From positions 32,001 to 96,000 of the forward strand of contig JBCBZJ010000006.1 in assembly GCA_039815375.1 (NCBI GenBank): a stretch of 64,000 nucleotides of DNA, read 5' to 3'. The stretch comes from Verrucomicrobiota bacterium. Lineage in GTDB: Bacteria > Verrucomicrobiota > Verrucomicrobiia > Opitutales > Coraliomargaritaceae. Shown here one piece after another: positions 19,728 through 29,041 of the stretch. The notes below the pieces were generated by a model. It had not been told where the DNA came from. It searched no databases and worked only from the letters and a program-made list of their open reading frames with translations. A program made the translations under genes and the position numbers. Each line of letters starts with the position of its first letter. The stretch's first letter is position 1.

Positions 19728-20726
19728 CTAGGGATACACAAGAATCCGTGTGCCTACTTCAATTGCTGCGAGAAGAGACTCTGCATTCCAATTGGCTAGT
19801 CGGAAGCAGCCACTTGACTCAGTGCGACCTACTAGCTCGGGTTCGGGAGTACCATGGATGCCGTAGCTCGGTAGGTTCAGTCCGATCCAGACGGTCCCGA
19901 CCGGGTTGTTCGGCCCTGGTTGAATGATGAATTTGTCTGTGATGCCTTCTCGCTGAGCTGCTGCACTCAAAATTTTCGGATTAAAGGTGTAATTCGGGTC
20001 CGCTACTCGGACGTCTACTCTAAGTTCCCCGGTAGGACGCTTCTCGACCTTGCGCGCAATACTGACCGGGCAATAGAAGAGAATTTCTCCTGTACGGCTC
20101 AACGCAGTTAGGCTTCGTGCTGAGAGCGTGATTTCTAATTTATCGATGGGTGAATCAATTTTGAAAGGTTTAACCAATGGTGCGAGTATGTGGTCGCCTG
20201 CCTTGAGTTTAGACCAATCGGTTGTTGGATTAAGATTTTTAATATAGTCAGGGTTCGACTGTGTTTTTTCGGCAATCAGTTCGATGATGGAGTGATAGGC
20301 CATACGGCTACGTTCGCCTCTTTCGATCCAGCTCTGTGGTTTCGGGTCGATCGACGCGAGAGAGCTGACTGTAATCTCTATTCTGGCATGAGTCGGGTCG
20401 AGGATACGCAGGATTTCACTCGTCGCTTCGTCAAGGAGGCCTGTGGGCTCTAATCCATTTGCACTTTGGAATGCTCGGAGGGCCTGTCGGCTTTGATGGC
20501 CTTCTACTCCGTCGATTGAGCCTGGAGAAAAGCCTTGTCTCGCGAGCGCGATCTGGAGCTCCGCCGGACCATGGATTTCGCGACCGACGATCTGCGGTTT
20601 ATCGTCGAAGCTTCCACCGAATTCCAGGAATGTATGGGCTGCAACTGCAAGCATGAGTAGGCAGCCGAAAGTGATACTCGTTCGGAAAGCCCGTTCTGTA
20701 TTGCTGAGCTGCTTTTTTCTTGGCAA
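19728..20726 (-). CDS. L,D-transpeptidase with peptidoglycan-binding domain
   Basis: PG_binding_1 motif GSIDG..G..S..AL.AFQ; YkuD motif GPNNPVG..WI, YGIHGT..SSGCFRL. Confidence 0.9.
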   Translation of the reverse strand: MPRKKQLSNTERAFRTSITFGCLLMLAVAAHTFLEFGGSFDDKPQIVGREIHGPAELQIALARQGFSPGSIDGVEGHQSRQALRAFQSANGLEPTGLLDEATSEILRILDPTHARIEITVSSLASIDPKPQSWIERGERSRMAYHSIIELIAEKTQSNPDYIKNLNPTTDWSKLKAGDHILAPLVKPFKIDSPIDKLEITLSARSLTALSRTGEILFYCPVSIARKVEKRPTGELRVDVRVADPNYTFNPKILSAAAQREGITDKFIIQPGPNNPVGTVWIGLNLPSYGIHGTPEPELVGRTESSGCFRLANWNAESLLAAIEVGTRILVYP

Positions 20727-20738
20727 AGCTGAGTTGGC

Positions 20739-20948
20739 TTAATCGCTCAAATGCTCAAGTAGTGGAGGCTTTCCGATGAACTTTGTAGAACCTTCGACGT
20801 TTCCGTAAACGCCAATAAACATGCCCCCGCTGAACAACTGCTGAAAGAGTTCCTTTGTCTTTGTAAGCAGTCCTTGAAAAGTGATTTCGCCCTCAATTCT
20901 CTCAATGATGTATCCATACTCGGGAAAGATTGGAATGGAGTAGTTCAT
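20739..20948 (-). CDS. Small hypothetical protein or gene remnant
   Basis: 69-aa ORF filling the gap between two co-directional genes. Confidence 0.4.
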   Translation of the reverse strand: MNYSIPIFPEYGYIIERIEGEITFQGLLTKTKELFQQLFSGGMFIGVYGNVEGSTKFIGKPPLLEHLSD

Positions 20949-20957
20949 GGAATGTCT

Positions 20958-22325
20958 TCAACTCAAACAAAGATCATAGATCTCGCCGGGTTCAGGGTCA
21001 ATCACGGTTGTTTTCGTATGCCATTCTGATATTTGCTTCTTAAACCATTGTCGCGCATCCGTGTCACCATGGGTCAGGATAATCGTGCCAGCATCGCTGC
21101 CCTCGGCATATTTCAGGAGTTCCTCACGGTCGGCATGACCGCTTAGATCAAACTGTTCAATTTCAGCACGTATCGGAGCATTATAATCAAGTGCATCAAA
21201 GAAAAATCTACCTTCCTCGCGGCTGGCCAGGAGTTGTCCGCCAGGCGTGTCGGGATCGCAATATCCAACGAAACAAACGCCGTTGTTAGAGTGGGGCAAT
21301 AAAGAAGCAGCTATCTTATACGATGGGGTGTGTTCGACCATCATGCCACTACTGACAAGATAGATGCCTTTTTTGGCTAAGTCGCGTCCGGGGCGCATCG
21401 TCGGCTCTGGAGGACGGACCCGCATTTCCTCGAGCATGTTGATATCAAAGTCGATCAGCTGTGTGCGGTGTCTGATTTTATCGAAGTGATTGCAGAGATC
21501 CATGCCCAGGCCTGCGGCGTAGATCGGGCATTTGGGTAAGCGGCCTAAATTTCGGGCCTCGTAGATAATTTTGAAGAGCTCCTGCATGCGTCCGAGAGCA
21601 AAGACCGGGATCAGGCAGCTCCCACCTTGGCCGATGATGGAACTGATGCGATCAATCATCCGGTCAACTTCTGACGCGCGGCTTCTGCCGGAGGTCCGAC
21701 CTTTGGCACCTCGAGTTGTTTCCATGATCAGCGTATCGATCTTACCCTTTGGTAGGTGAGCGCCGGGCAAAGTGCGTTGTGCATCAAATAGCACATCACC
21801 TGTAAATACAATGCGTCGGTGTTTATAGATCAATTCAACCGCTGCTGCCCCGGCAACATGTCCGGCAGGATGAAGAATAACTTCGATTTGATCTTCTTCC
21901 TTTAGGTAGATCTCACCGCGCTCGAAACGTTGAACGGTCAGTTGTTTGCTGGTCTGCGCAACATCGCGGTGGAGGAAGAGGGGGTAATCGCGGATTTCGT
22001 GCTCTTCGCGCTGACGTTTCATCACATTGATCGAGTTACGTAGCATGCGTGGAGCTAGCCTTTGGTTTGGTGCAGTCGTGATGACGGGCGTTTCCGGATT
22101 ATGGGCCGTGACAATCGGAAGAGAGCCAAGATGGTCGAGATGGCAGTGCGTGAGAATAATCAGGTCGAGGTCAATGTCCTCGATCGGCTCAAAATCAGGT
22201 AGGGCGTCGTAGCCTAATTTTTTTGGGTGCAGACCGCAATCAACAAGAATGTTGAAAGGACCAATCTGCACGAAGATCGAGTTGGCGCCGATTTCGCCAT
22301 GCCGGTTCAGATCAATCAGCTTCAT
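20958..22325 (-). CDS. MBL-fold beta-CASP ribonuclease
   Basis: THCHLDHLG, AGH..GA, FTGD, LIPVFALGR.QE, SGHAD, THG. Confidence 0.9.
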   Translation of the reverse strand: MKLIDLNRHGEIGANSIFVQIGPFNILVDCGLHPKKLGYDALPDFEPIEDIDLDLIILTHCHLDHLGSLPIVTAHNPETPVITTAPNQRLAPRMLRNSINVMKRQREEHEIRDYPLFLHRDVAQTSKQLTVQRFERGEIYLKEEDQIEVILHPAGHVAGAAAVELIYKHRRIVFTGDVLFDAQRTLPGAHLPKGKIDTLIMETTRGAKGRTSGRSRASEVDRMIDRISSIIGQGGSCLIPVFALGRMQELFKIIYEARNLGRLPKCPIYAAGLGMDLCNHFDKIRHRTQLIDFDINMLEEMRVRPPEPTMRPGRDLAKKGIYLVSSGMMVEHTPSYKIAASLLPHSNNGVCFVGYCDPDTPGGQLLASREEGRFFFDALDYNAPIRAEIEQFDLSGHADREELLKYAEGSDAGTIILTHGDTDARQWFKKQISEWHTKTTVIDPEPGEIYDLCLS

Positions 22326-22819
22326 ACCGACCACTCACTTTCGGCTTCGGTTGAGCATTGCATCGTGATTGTTGAGATTTCGAGGTGAACCCGTTTTTCG
22401 CTGCGGCCTATACTGTGAAATGATTGATCTGATATACGGTTACGTTTTGTCATACGATAGCTATAGCAGCTGAATACCTCTTTGTATCTAGGTTCTGCTT
22501 CCTTCCCCGCGATGCTGTTTCCTTGGATGATCGATGATGACTGCTAGCTTCTTTTAAGACCGATGAGCGGTCTATTGGGGTGATTGTATTGTACATGTGA
22601 GGGCTCTGAAATGGTGATAAAGTAAATGAATGCACATAGAGTCGCCGGGTAGATGATCGGTAGTGCACAAAGAGACCAGACGGTCGGCTTTGGCTCGCAG
22701 GCCTTGAATCTCGTTTCTTTCTTTTTTCAATTTAAAGAGGGACTATGAGCTTCAAGAAGCTTTGGGAAACCATAAAATAATCGCCAGCGTCCAGCTCCTT
22801 CCGGATAGTATCGAATGTT

Positions 22820-23755
22820 ATGAGACAAAGCACTGAGGGCATACGTGTCACATGGATCGGCTTGGTTTTAAACCTGCTTTTGGGAGTAGCAAAATGCTTT
22901 ACAGGTTTGTGGTTCGGGTCGACTGCCTTGGTTGCTGATGGAATGCATAGTTTACTCGATTTGCTAACCGATGGTGCGGTGCTCTTCGGCCTCTACATGT
23001 CCAATAAGCCGGAGGATGAAAGTCATCTCTACGGCCACCATAAGTTTGCAAGTTTTGCCAAGTTTGGTGTTGGCGGTTGCCTGTTGGTTTTCTCGATTCT
23101 GTTGGTAGTTAGTGCTTTAATGGATTTTAGAGCAGGCCGCGTTGAATGGATCGCCGCCCCCGCTGTCCTGATTGCGATCGTGGGATTGGTGTTAAAAGAA
23201 ACACTGTTCTGGTGGACCCGATCTGTAGCCAAGCGCCTCCGTTCCGACCTCCTCCTGGCAAATGCACTCCATCACCGCATGGACAGCCTTTCTTCGCTGG
23301 CTGTTGCTCTCGCTCTTGGAGCTTTCTGGATCGGAGGGCCGAGCTGGGCTTTCCTCGACGATGCGGCGACTCTGGTTCTCGGTAGCTATCTGATCTTTGA
23401 GTCCTATAAAGTCCTGCGTCGCGGCATTGACGACCTTTTGGATGCGGCTCCTGCGAGAGAGATCATTGAGGATTTTCGTGAGCACATCTTACCTGTTGCC
23501 GGAGTGGAGGCCTATCATGATTTGCGGACCCGTCGAATCGGAGATTTTTTCGAGATCGATTTGCACCTGCAGGTCGATCCTGCGCTTACAGTAGAGCACG
23601 GCCATTCCATTGCCAGGGAAGTCAAGCAAGCACTCCAGGCAAAGCATCCGGAGATCTCCAAGGTTTTGATTCACGTGGAGCCGGCCACGAAGAGCCACAT
23701 TGTTGAACGCGGTATTTCGGGTGCTGGCGGTAAATCCTCCGGTATTTCCGAATAA
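22820..23755 (+). CDS. Cation diffusion facilitator transporter
   Basis: S.AL.ADG.HSL.D, HLYGH, A.A.HHR.D, C-terminal IHVEP. Confidence 0.92.
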   Translation: MRQSTEGIRVTWIGLVLNLLLGVAKCFTGLWFGSTALVADGMHSLLDLLTDGAVLFGLYMSNKPEDESHLYGHHKFASFAKFGVGGCLLVFSILLVVSALMDFRAGRVEWIAAPAVLIAIVGLVLKETLFWWTRSVAKRLRSDLLLANALHHRMDSLSSLAVALALGAFWIGGPSWAFLDDAATLVLGSYLIFESYKVLRRGIDDLLDAAPAREIIEDFREHILPVAGVEAYHDLRTRRIGDFFEIDLHLQVDPALTVEHGHSIAREVKQALQAKHPEISKVLIHVEPATKSHIVERGISGAGGKSSGISE

Positions 23756-23847
23756 TAGCTTGTCTGGGATAGTTTAACACAATTGAAACAGAGACGTCTT
23801 GCCTCTGACAATCTCACAACGACTTCCGAGGCATATTTGTTTTCTCA

Positions 23848-25761
23848 ATGAGCGACTTTTTGAAGCATGAATGCGGGATTGCACTGATCCGCTTACTTAA
23901 ACCGATATCCTACTATCAGGAGAAATACGGCACGCCCCTTTATGGGTTTAACCAGCTCTTTCTGCTTATGGAAAAGCAGCATAACCGTGGTCAGGACGGC
24001 GCTGGCATTGGCTGTGTTAAAATCAATGTGCCGCCAGGGAAGGCCTACATGGCTCGAGAGCGCACAACCAAGTCGAACTCGCTTTCGCGGATCTTTAAAG
24101 GCCGGATGAAGGATTACCAAAACCTGATAGATTCGGGCACGATCCACCCGGAATTTCCGCAGACGGTGAAGGATAATTTCGATTTCGGTGGCGAAATCCT
24201 TATCGGCCATCTCCGATATGCCACTTCCGGCCTCTACAATCGAGAAAATTGCCACCCTTACGTGCGTGAATCGAACTGGCCGACAAAAAACCTAATGCTG
24301 GCCGGCAACTTCACGATTACGAATGAGAAGGATCTCAACGAAGGTCTGATCAACCGAGGGCAGCACCCGATTTTCGGCACTGATACACAGGCGGTTCTAG
24401 AGCAGATCGGTTTCCATCTGGATGAGGCACATGATGCAATCTACCACCGCATGCGTGATCAAAATATCCCCGGTGCACGTATTCCCAAGATCATAAGTCA
24501 GGAAATCGATCCTGTGCGCATCCTGAAAAATGCAGCATCCGGTTGGGACGGCGGCTACGCGATCGCTGGTTTGATTGGCAACGGCGATACTTTTGTCATG
24601 CGTGACCCGCATGGTATTCGCCCGTGTTTCTATTTTCAGAACGAGGAAGTGATCGCCTTCGCCTCCGAGCGCGTTGCGTTGATGACAATTTTCAATCAGC
24701 CGATCGAAAATGTCTGTGAGCTTGAGCCTGGCTCAGCGACTGTTGTAAAAAGCGACGGCACGATCTACTGCGAACGATTCACGAAACGCCGTGAGGTCAA
24801 GCCATGCTCTTTCGAGCGGATCTACTTCTCACGCGGGAACGACGCGGATATCTACCGAGAGCGCAAAGCACTGGGTGGCGCACTTCTCGACCAAGTGGTG
24901 AAGGCGACCGATAATAACTTTGCCGACAGTGTTTTCAGCTTCGTGCCCAACACCGCTGAGGTGGCCTATCACGGCTTACTCGAGTCCGTCCGCGTCCATC
25001 GCAGGAAAGAGGTCAAGGCGTCGATCTTGAAGGCCAAGGAAGACGACACGCTGGATGAAGCGCTTCTGGATAAGCTTATCATGGGCAACTGGCCGCGAGG
25101 GGAGAAGATTGCTCACAAAGATATCAAACTACGGACTTTCATTTCGCAGGAATCTGGTCGCGCGCAGTTGGTCTCCCACGTCTACGATATTACCTACGGG
25201 GTGGTTAAGGAAAAGGACTGCCTGGTCTGTATCGACGATTCGATCGTTCGCGGCACAACGCTTAAGGAGTCGATTCTCAACATCCTGAGCCGCACCAATC
25301 CCCGAAAAATTGTGGTCGCGTCCACTGCGCCGCAGATTCGCTACCCGGACTGCTATGGCATTGATATGTCTGAGCTGGGGAAGTTTATTGCTTTTAAGGC
25401 GACGATTGAGCTGATCAAAGAAGATGGTAGCACAGATCTTCTGCAGGACGTTTATCAGGATTGTGTTGCTCAGGCTGGATTACCCTCAGATCAGATGGTG
25501 AACCATGTGAAGCGACTCTACGATCGTTACACTGACGAACAGATTTCAAGAAAGATCGCTGAACTGGTTTACCCGAAGCGTGTTCCCTGGAAAGGCGAAC
25601 TCGAGATTGTCTTCCTCACCGTCGAAAAAATGAAGGAAGCGATCCCGCATCATAACGGGGATTGGTATTTTACGGGCGATTACCCAACTCCCGGTGGCAC
25701 AGCTGTCTTGAACCGTGCATACATCAACTACTACGAGAACAGAGTAGGGCGCTCTTACTAG
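23848..25761 (+). CDS. purF: Amidophosphoribosyltransferase (long type)
   Basis: HECGI, QHNRGQDGAG, GHLRYAT, CSFERIYFSR, IDDSIVRGTT, YGIDM. Confidence 0.95.
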   Translation: MSDFLKHECGIALIRLLKPISYYQEKYGTPLYGFNQLFLLMEKQHNRGQDGAGIGCVKINVPPGKAYMARERTTKSNSLSRIFKGRMKDYQNLIDSGTIHPEFPQTVKDNFDFGGEILIGHLRYATSGLYNRENCHPYVRESNWPTKNLMLAGNFTITNEKDLNEGLINRGQHPIFGTDTQAVLEQIGFHLDEAHDAIYHRMRDQNIPGARIPKIISQEIDPVRILKNAASGWDGGYAIAGLIGNGDTFVMRDPHGIRPCFYFQNEEVIAFASERVALMTIFNQPIENVCELEPGSATVVKSDGTIYCERFTKRREVKPCSFERIYFSRGNDADIYRERKALGGALLDQVVKATDNNFADSVFSFVPNTAEVAYHGLLESVRVHRRKEVKASILKAKEDDTLDEALLDKLIMGNWPRGEKIAHKDIKLRTFISQESGRAQLVSHVYDITYGVVKEKDCLVCIDDSIVRGTTLKESILNILSRTNPRKIVVASTAPQIRYPDCYGIDMSELGKFIAFKATIELIKEDGSTDLLQDVYQDCVAQAGLPSDQMVNHVKRLYDRYTDEQISRKIAELVYPKRVPWKGELEIVFLTVEKMKEAIPHHNGDWYFTGDYPTPGGTAVLNRAYINYYENRVGRSY

Positions 25762-25774
25762 CTCTAGCTATTAC

Positions 25775-25900
25775 TTGTCGGTTTCAGGGCATCTTTGTCA
25801 GCATCATATCCATTGCGCAGTTGTCAGTGGCACCTGCAAAAACGAGGCCGGCACCTACGAGAATCGGCACTGCCAGAAAACCGCTGTGGATAGGATGCCC
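25775..25900 (-). pseudogene. Remnant of a DUF2892/YgaP-like membrane domain
   Basis: Manual translation GFLAVPILVGAGLVFAGATDNCAMG, frameshift, MMLTKMP*N (stop where W is expected). Confidence 0.6.
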
Positions 25901-26277
25901 AGCTTACCAGCTTGTATATGAGATTGTTCTCATGGCAAAGCCAAGTTCCTATGCCGTGTTGCTGTGGTATTAATACTATAAGTGTGATTATGTTCACTTT
26001 ATTTGAGTTAAGAGAGAAGGTTCCAGATTCGTTCTATTGACGTTATGGCAAGAGGCTCGCTAAGTTGATAGTTAGTGATTCTTGCCCAAAATGAATGCTC
26101 TAAAGCCTTAAAATCGCCTTTGAGACCAATGGTGGGAGCATGGTTGGCGTCTACAATAAATATCCGAAAACGTATGAAATGAAGACCTTCATACTTAAAA
26201 ATAAAAAGACTCCTAAATTACCTGTAAACCCTGACGAACTAAGGGTCTATGGGCGGTTTGGGATCGCATTTTTCTCG

Positions 26278-26319
26278 CAGTTCGTAAGTTTTGGGGTGTG
26301 ACTGATAATACTGTTGGAC
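26278..26319 (+). mobile_element. attI-like recombination site A
   Basis: Ends in GTTGGAC, the reverse complement of the GTCCAAC R'' box of the first attC. 35/38 identical to 39225-39262. Confidence 0.75.
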
Positions 26320-26328
26320 GAAGAAAAA

Positions 26329-26825
<497 letters not shown>

Positions 26826-26832
26826 GAAAGAA

Positions 26833-27405
26833 ATGGATAACCCAGAACTAGTCATAGCTCTTCTAGCAACTTTCACCTCACTGGTTGCTACCGCTATCGC
26901 TTACTCGGCTTATCGGTCTCAGACTGACCCAGACGTAATAGTCTATTTGGAACACGACGAAAAGAGACCTTCGTTAATCCTTCTTGTTATCGAAAATCGA
27001 GGCAGTGGTGTAGCTCATGATGTCCAATTCGAGATACCCGATGATTTCCCTAGCGATCCGATAGGTATAACCGCTACAGGAAAAAAGAGCTTTGAGCGTA
27101 TGACTGAAGGACCACTTATTTCGGGTATCAAATCTTTACCACCAAAAGGGAAAAGAATTCTTAACTGGGGGCAGTATGGTGGAATCTACGATTACATGGG
27201 TGCTTACCACAAAACAATTAAAGTGAGATTTAAGAGAAGGAAGTTGTTTGGTCTGGACGACCAAACTTTTGAAACCGAATCGGACATTGAAGTCATTTCC
27301 TATTCTCGAACCGACGCCAGCAATAGATCAGAAGCAACTCACTTAAAGAAAATCTCAGAGACCCTCGTGGGAATCGAAAAGCAACTGAACAAGATGAACA
27401 AATAG
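26833..27405 (+). CDS. Integron cassette 2: hypothetical protein with N-terminal TM helix
   Basis: 190-aa ORF starting 8 bp after GTTCGAC and ending at GTCGAAC. Confidence 0.8.
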   Translation: MDNPELVIALLATFTSLVATAIAYSAYRSQTDPDVIVYLEHDEKRPSLILLVIENRGSGVAHDVQFEIPDDFPSDPIGITATGKKSFERMTEGPLISGIKSLPPKGKRILNWGQYGGIYDYMGAYHKTIKVRFKRRKLFGLDDQTFETESDIEVISYSRTDASNRSEATHLKKISETLVGIEKQLNKMNK

Positions 27406-27465
27406 TCGAACCAATCGCTGCTGGCAGTGTCGCTAACGCGCCATCGCCAGAGCTCGACGTTAGGT
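27405..27465 (+). mobile_element. attC site 2
   Basis: GTCGAAC-CAATC-GCTGCTGGC...GCCAGAGC-TCGAC-GTTAGGT. Confidence 0.88.
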
Positions 27466-27537
27466 GAAAAAATAATAACTCCCTAGGACTAAAAAAAGTG
27501 CAAGCATCGAACCCAAAGCATAAGGAATAAGCACACT

Positions 27538-27930
27538 ATGGAAGACGCTCAATTTATCACTTTCTTGTCTGCACTCATTGGTGGAGGAATAGCCGCTATA
27601 GCTTCGATAGTTACTATCATTATCGGGCGTATATTCGACGAACGAAGAGAAAGAAGAAAAATGGTCTTCGACCTCGCTTCCGCTCACTACAAGGGGAGAA
27701 AGGCAGACGCACAAGTCACTGCAAATGGAACAGGACGGCCCCAGTTCGTAGAACCCTTTGAAGATTTCATCGTCTATGCTGATGAAATGTGTAGAATTGT
27801 CGAAGGAAAGACCTTCAAGAGTAAGAGCTTCTTGCGTCGATCCAGAGGAGCTAAGGAGCTTCGAGAGATTATAAGCCGAAACTCCGACAATAAGGACCAA
27901 AATGGCAAGCAAGACATACACAGCCCCTAG
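27538..27930 (+). CDS. Integron cassette 3: hypothetical protein with N-terminal TM helix
   Basis: 130-aa ORF with an AAGGA RBS, lying between GTTAGGT and ACCTAAC. Confidence 0.75.
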   Translation: MEDAQFITFLSALIGGGIAAIASIVTIIIGRIFDERRERRKMVFDLASAHYKGRKADAQVTANGTGRPQFVEPFEDFIVYADEMCRIVEGKTFKSKSFLRRSRGAKELREIISRNSDNKDQNGKQDIHSP

Positions 27931-27943
27931 CCCTGAAAAAACG

Positions 27944-28009
27944 ACCTAACCAGTCGAGAGATACAACCTCTTTCGCTGCGCTAATTTTCAAATTATCTAA
28001 ACGTTAGTA
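27944..28009 (+). mobile_element. attC site 3 (right arm degenerate)
   Basis: ACCTAAC-CAGTC-GAGAGATACAAC...TTATCTAAAC-GTTAGTA. Confidence 0.7.
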
Positions 28010-28241
28010 AAATGCTTGAAATCGCTGGATTGGGGTAGGTGGCTTTAGTTCTCTCATTCTGTTTTATTCTAACCGAAGCCGTATAAAACTCCAAATAGCC
28101 TAACGCTGGATGGTCCAAAAAGACTACTCTGGCATTAGTTTAAAAGCGATAATCCAAATAAATTTAATGATTTGTAAAAAAGCCTGTTCTTGATCTTGCA
28201 AAGACGTTTCCCGGGATTACGAGCTGAGGTTTTACTCAGAT

Positions 28242-29027
28242 ATGAAATTCTCTACCAGCTATAAACTGATGATACTCGCCTCGACGGTTCTGGTCCATGG
28301 GAGTGCTGAGGAATCTTTAACAACATTCAGTGATGCTGAGGCAGATGCCATTATCGCACAGCAAGTCGCTGCTAAAGCGCAACGGGAAGCCGAGCATCTA
28401 GCCAACACGGTCGCTTTTCAGGTTTTGGAACGGCGTGAGATGAGTATGGGAGATCGAAAGCTGATTGCTTGCCGTATTGCGGACCCAAAGCTTCCGAAAG
28501 AAGAAGTCCTCGCACCTGTAATCAGTTCCGGCTCCGCCCAGGCGCCCCAGTTTACAAACTACATTCCAAAGGAGAGTGTCACGTTAATGCTGTCTGCATC
28601 CGTATATAATAACAGCGTAACGCAGCTCAAATGGAGGCATGAAAATATCGAGTATGAGGTATGGAGCAGCATCGATTGGAATTTCATGCGCAGCGTGCAT
28701 AGCCTGAAAACGGACACGATGGACTACTCCATCGTTCAGGGAGTTGGCGATCTGCCATTGGCGGATAATGAAATCCCGGAGCTACCCGCCTTCACCCCAG
28801 ATCGTGCCGAGTATTTTGTGTTTCTTGAAGAGGGGCAAGAATTGGACGATACCGCATTCGCGGCGATTGATGCTTTGCACCAGCACTACGAGGCCAACGA
28901 GGAAATGCTAAAGACAGTCTACCAGCGAAATGCCGCCCTGGCAGAGGCAAAGAAGCGGCACAAGGCAGCAAACCCCGAAAAGCCCGGGAATGCTGAAATC
29001 TTCTTTTGGAAGTCTGAAACAAACTAA
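28242..29027 (+). CDS. Secreted hypothetical protein, first gene of the RHS operon
   Basis: Signal-peptide-like N-terminus; 14 bp gap to the next gene. Confidence 0.8.
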   Translation: MKFSTSYKLMILASTVLVHGSAEESLTTFSDAEADAIIAQQVAAKAQREAEHLANTVAFQVLERREMSMGDRKLIACRIADPKLPKEEVLAPVISSGSAQAPQFTNYIPKESVTLMLSASVYNNSVTQLKWRHENIEYEVWSSIDWNFMRSVHSLKTDTMDYSIVQGVGDLPLADNEIPELPAFTPDRAEYFVFLEEGQELDDTAFAAIDALHQHYEANEEMLKTVYQRNAALAEAKKRHKAANPEKPGNAEIFFWKSETN

Positions 29028-29041
29028 CCGGCTGCACAGAC

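Noticed and set aside
22335..22819. Long intergenic region as ncRNA or riboswitch
   Set aside because: No recognisable motif or convincing structure; an Rfam scan would be needed.
26278..26315. dif/XerCD site interpretation of the duplicated 38-mer
   Set aside because: No TTATGTTAAA-like XerD arm or 11-6-11 layout; it ends at cassette GTT boundaries instead.
27460..27921. 153-aa minus-strand ORF in cassette 3
   Set aside because: Antisense to a plus-strand ORF that has an RBS and the normal cassette orientation.
28066..28110. Further attC remnants (TTCTAAC, GCCTAAC)
   Set aside because: No matching right arm or hairpin.
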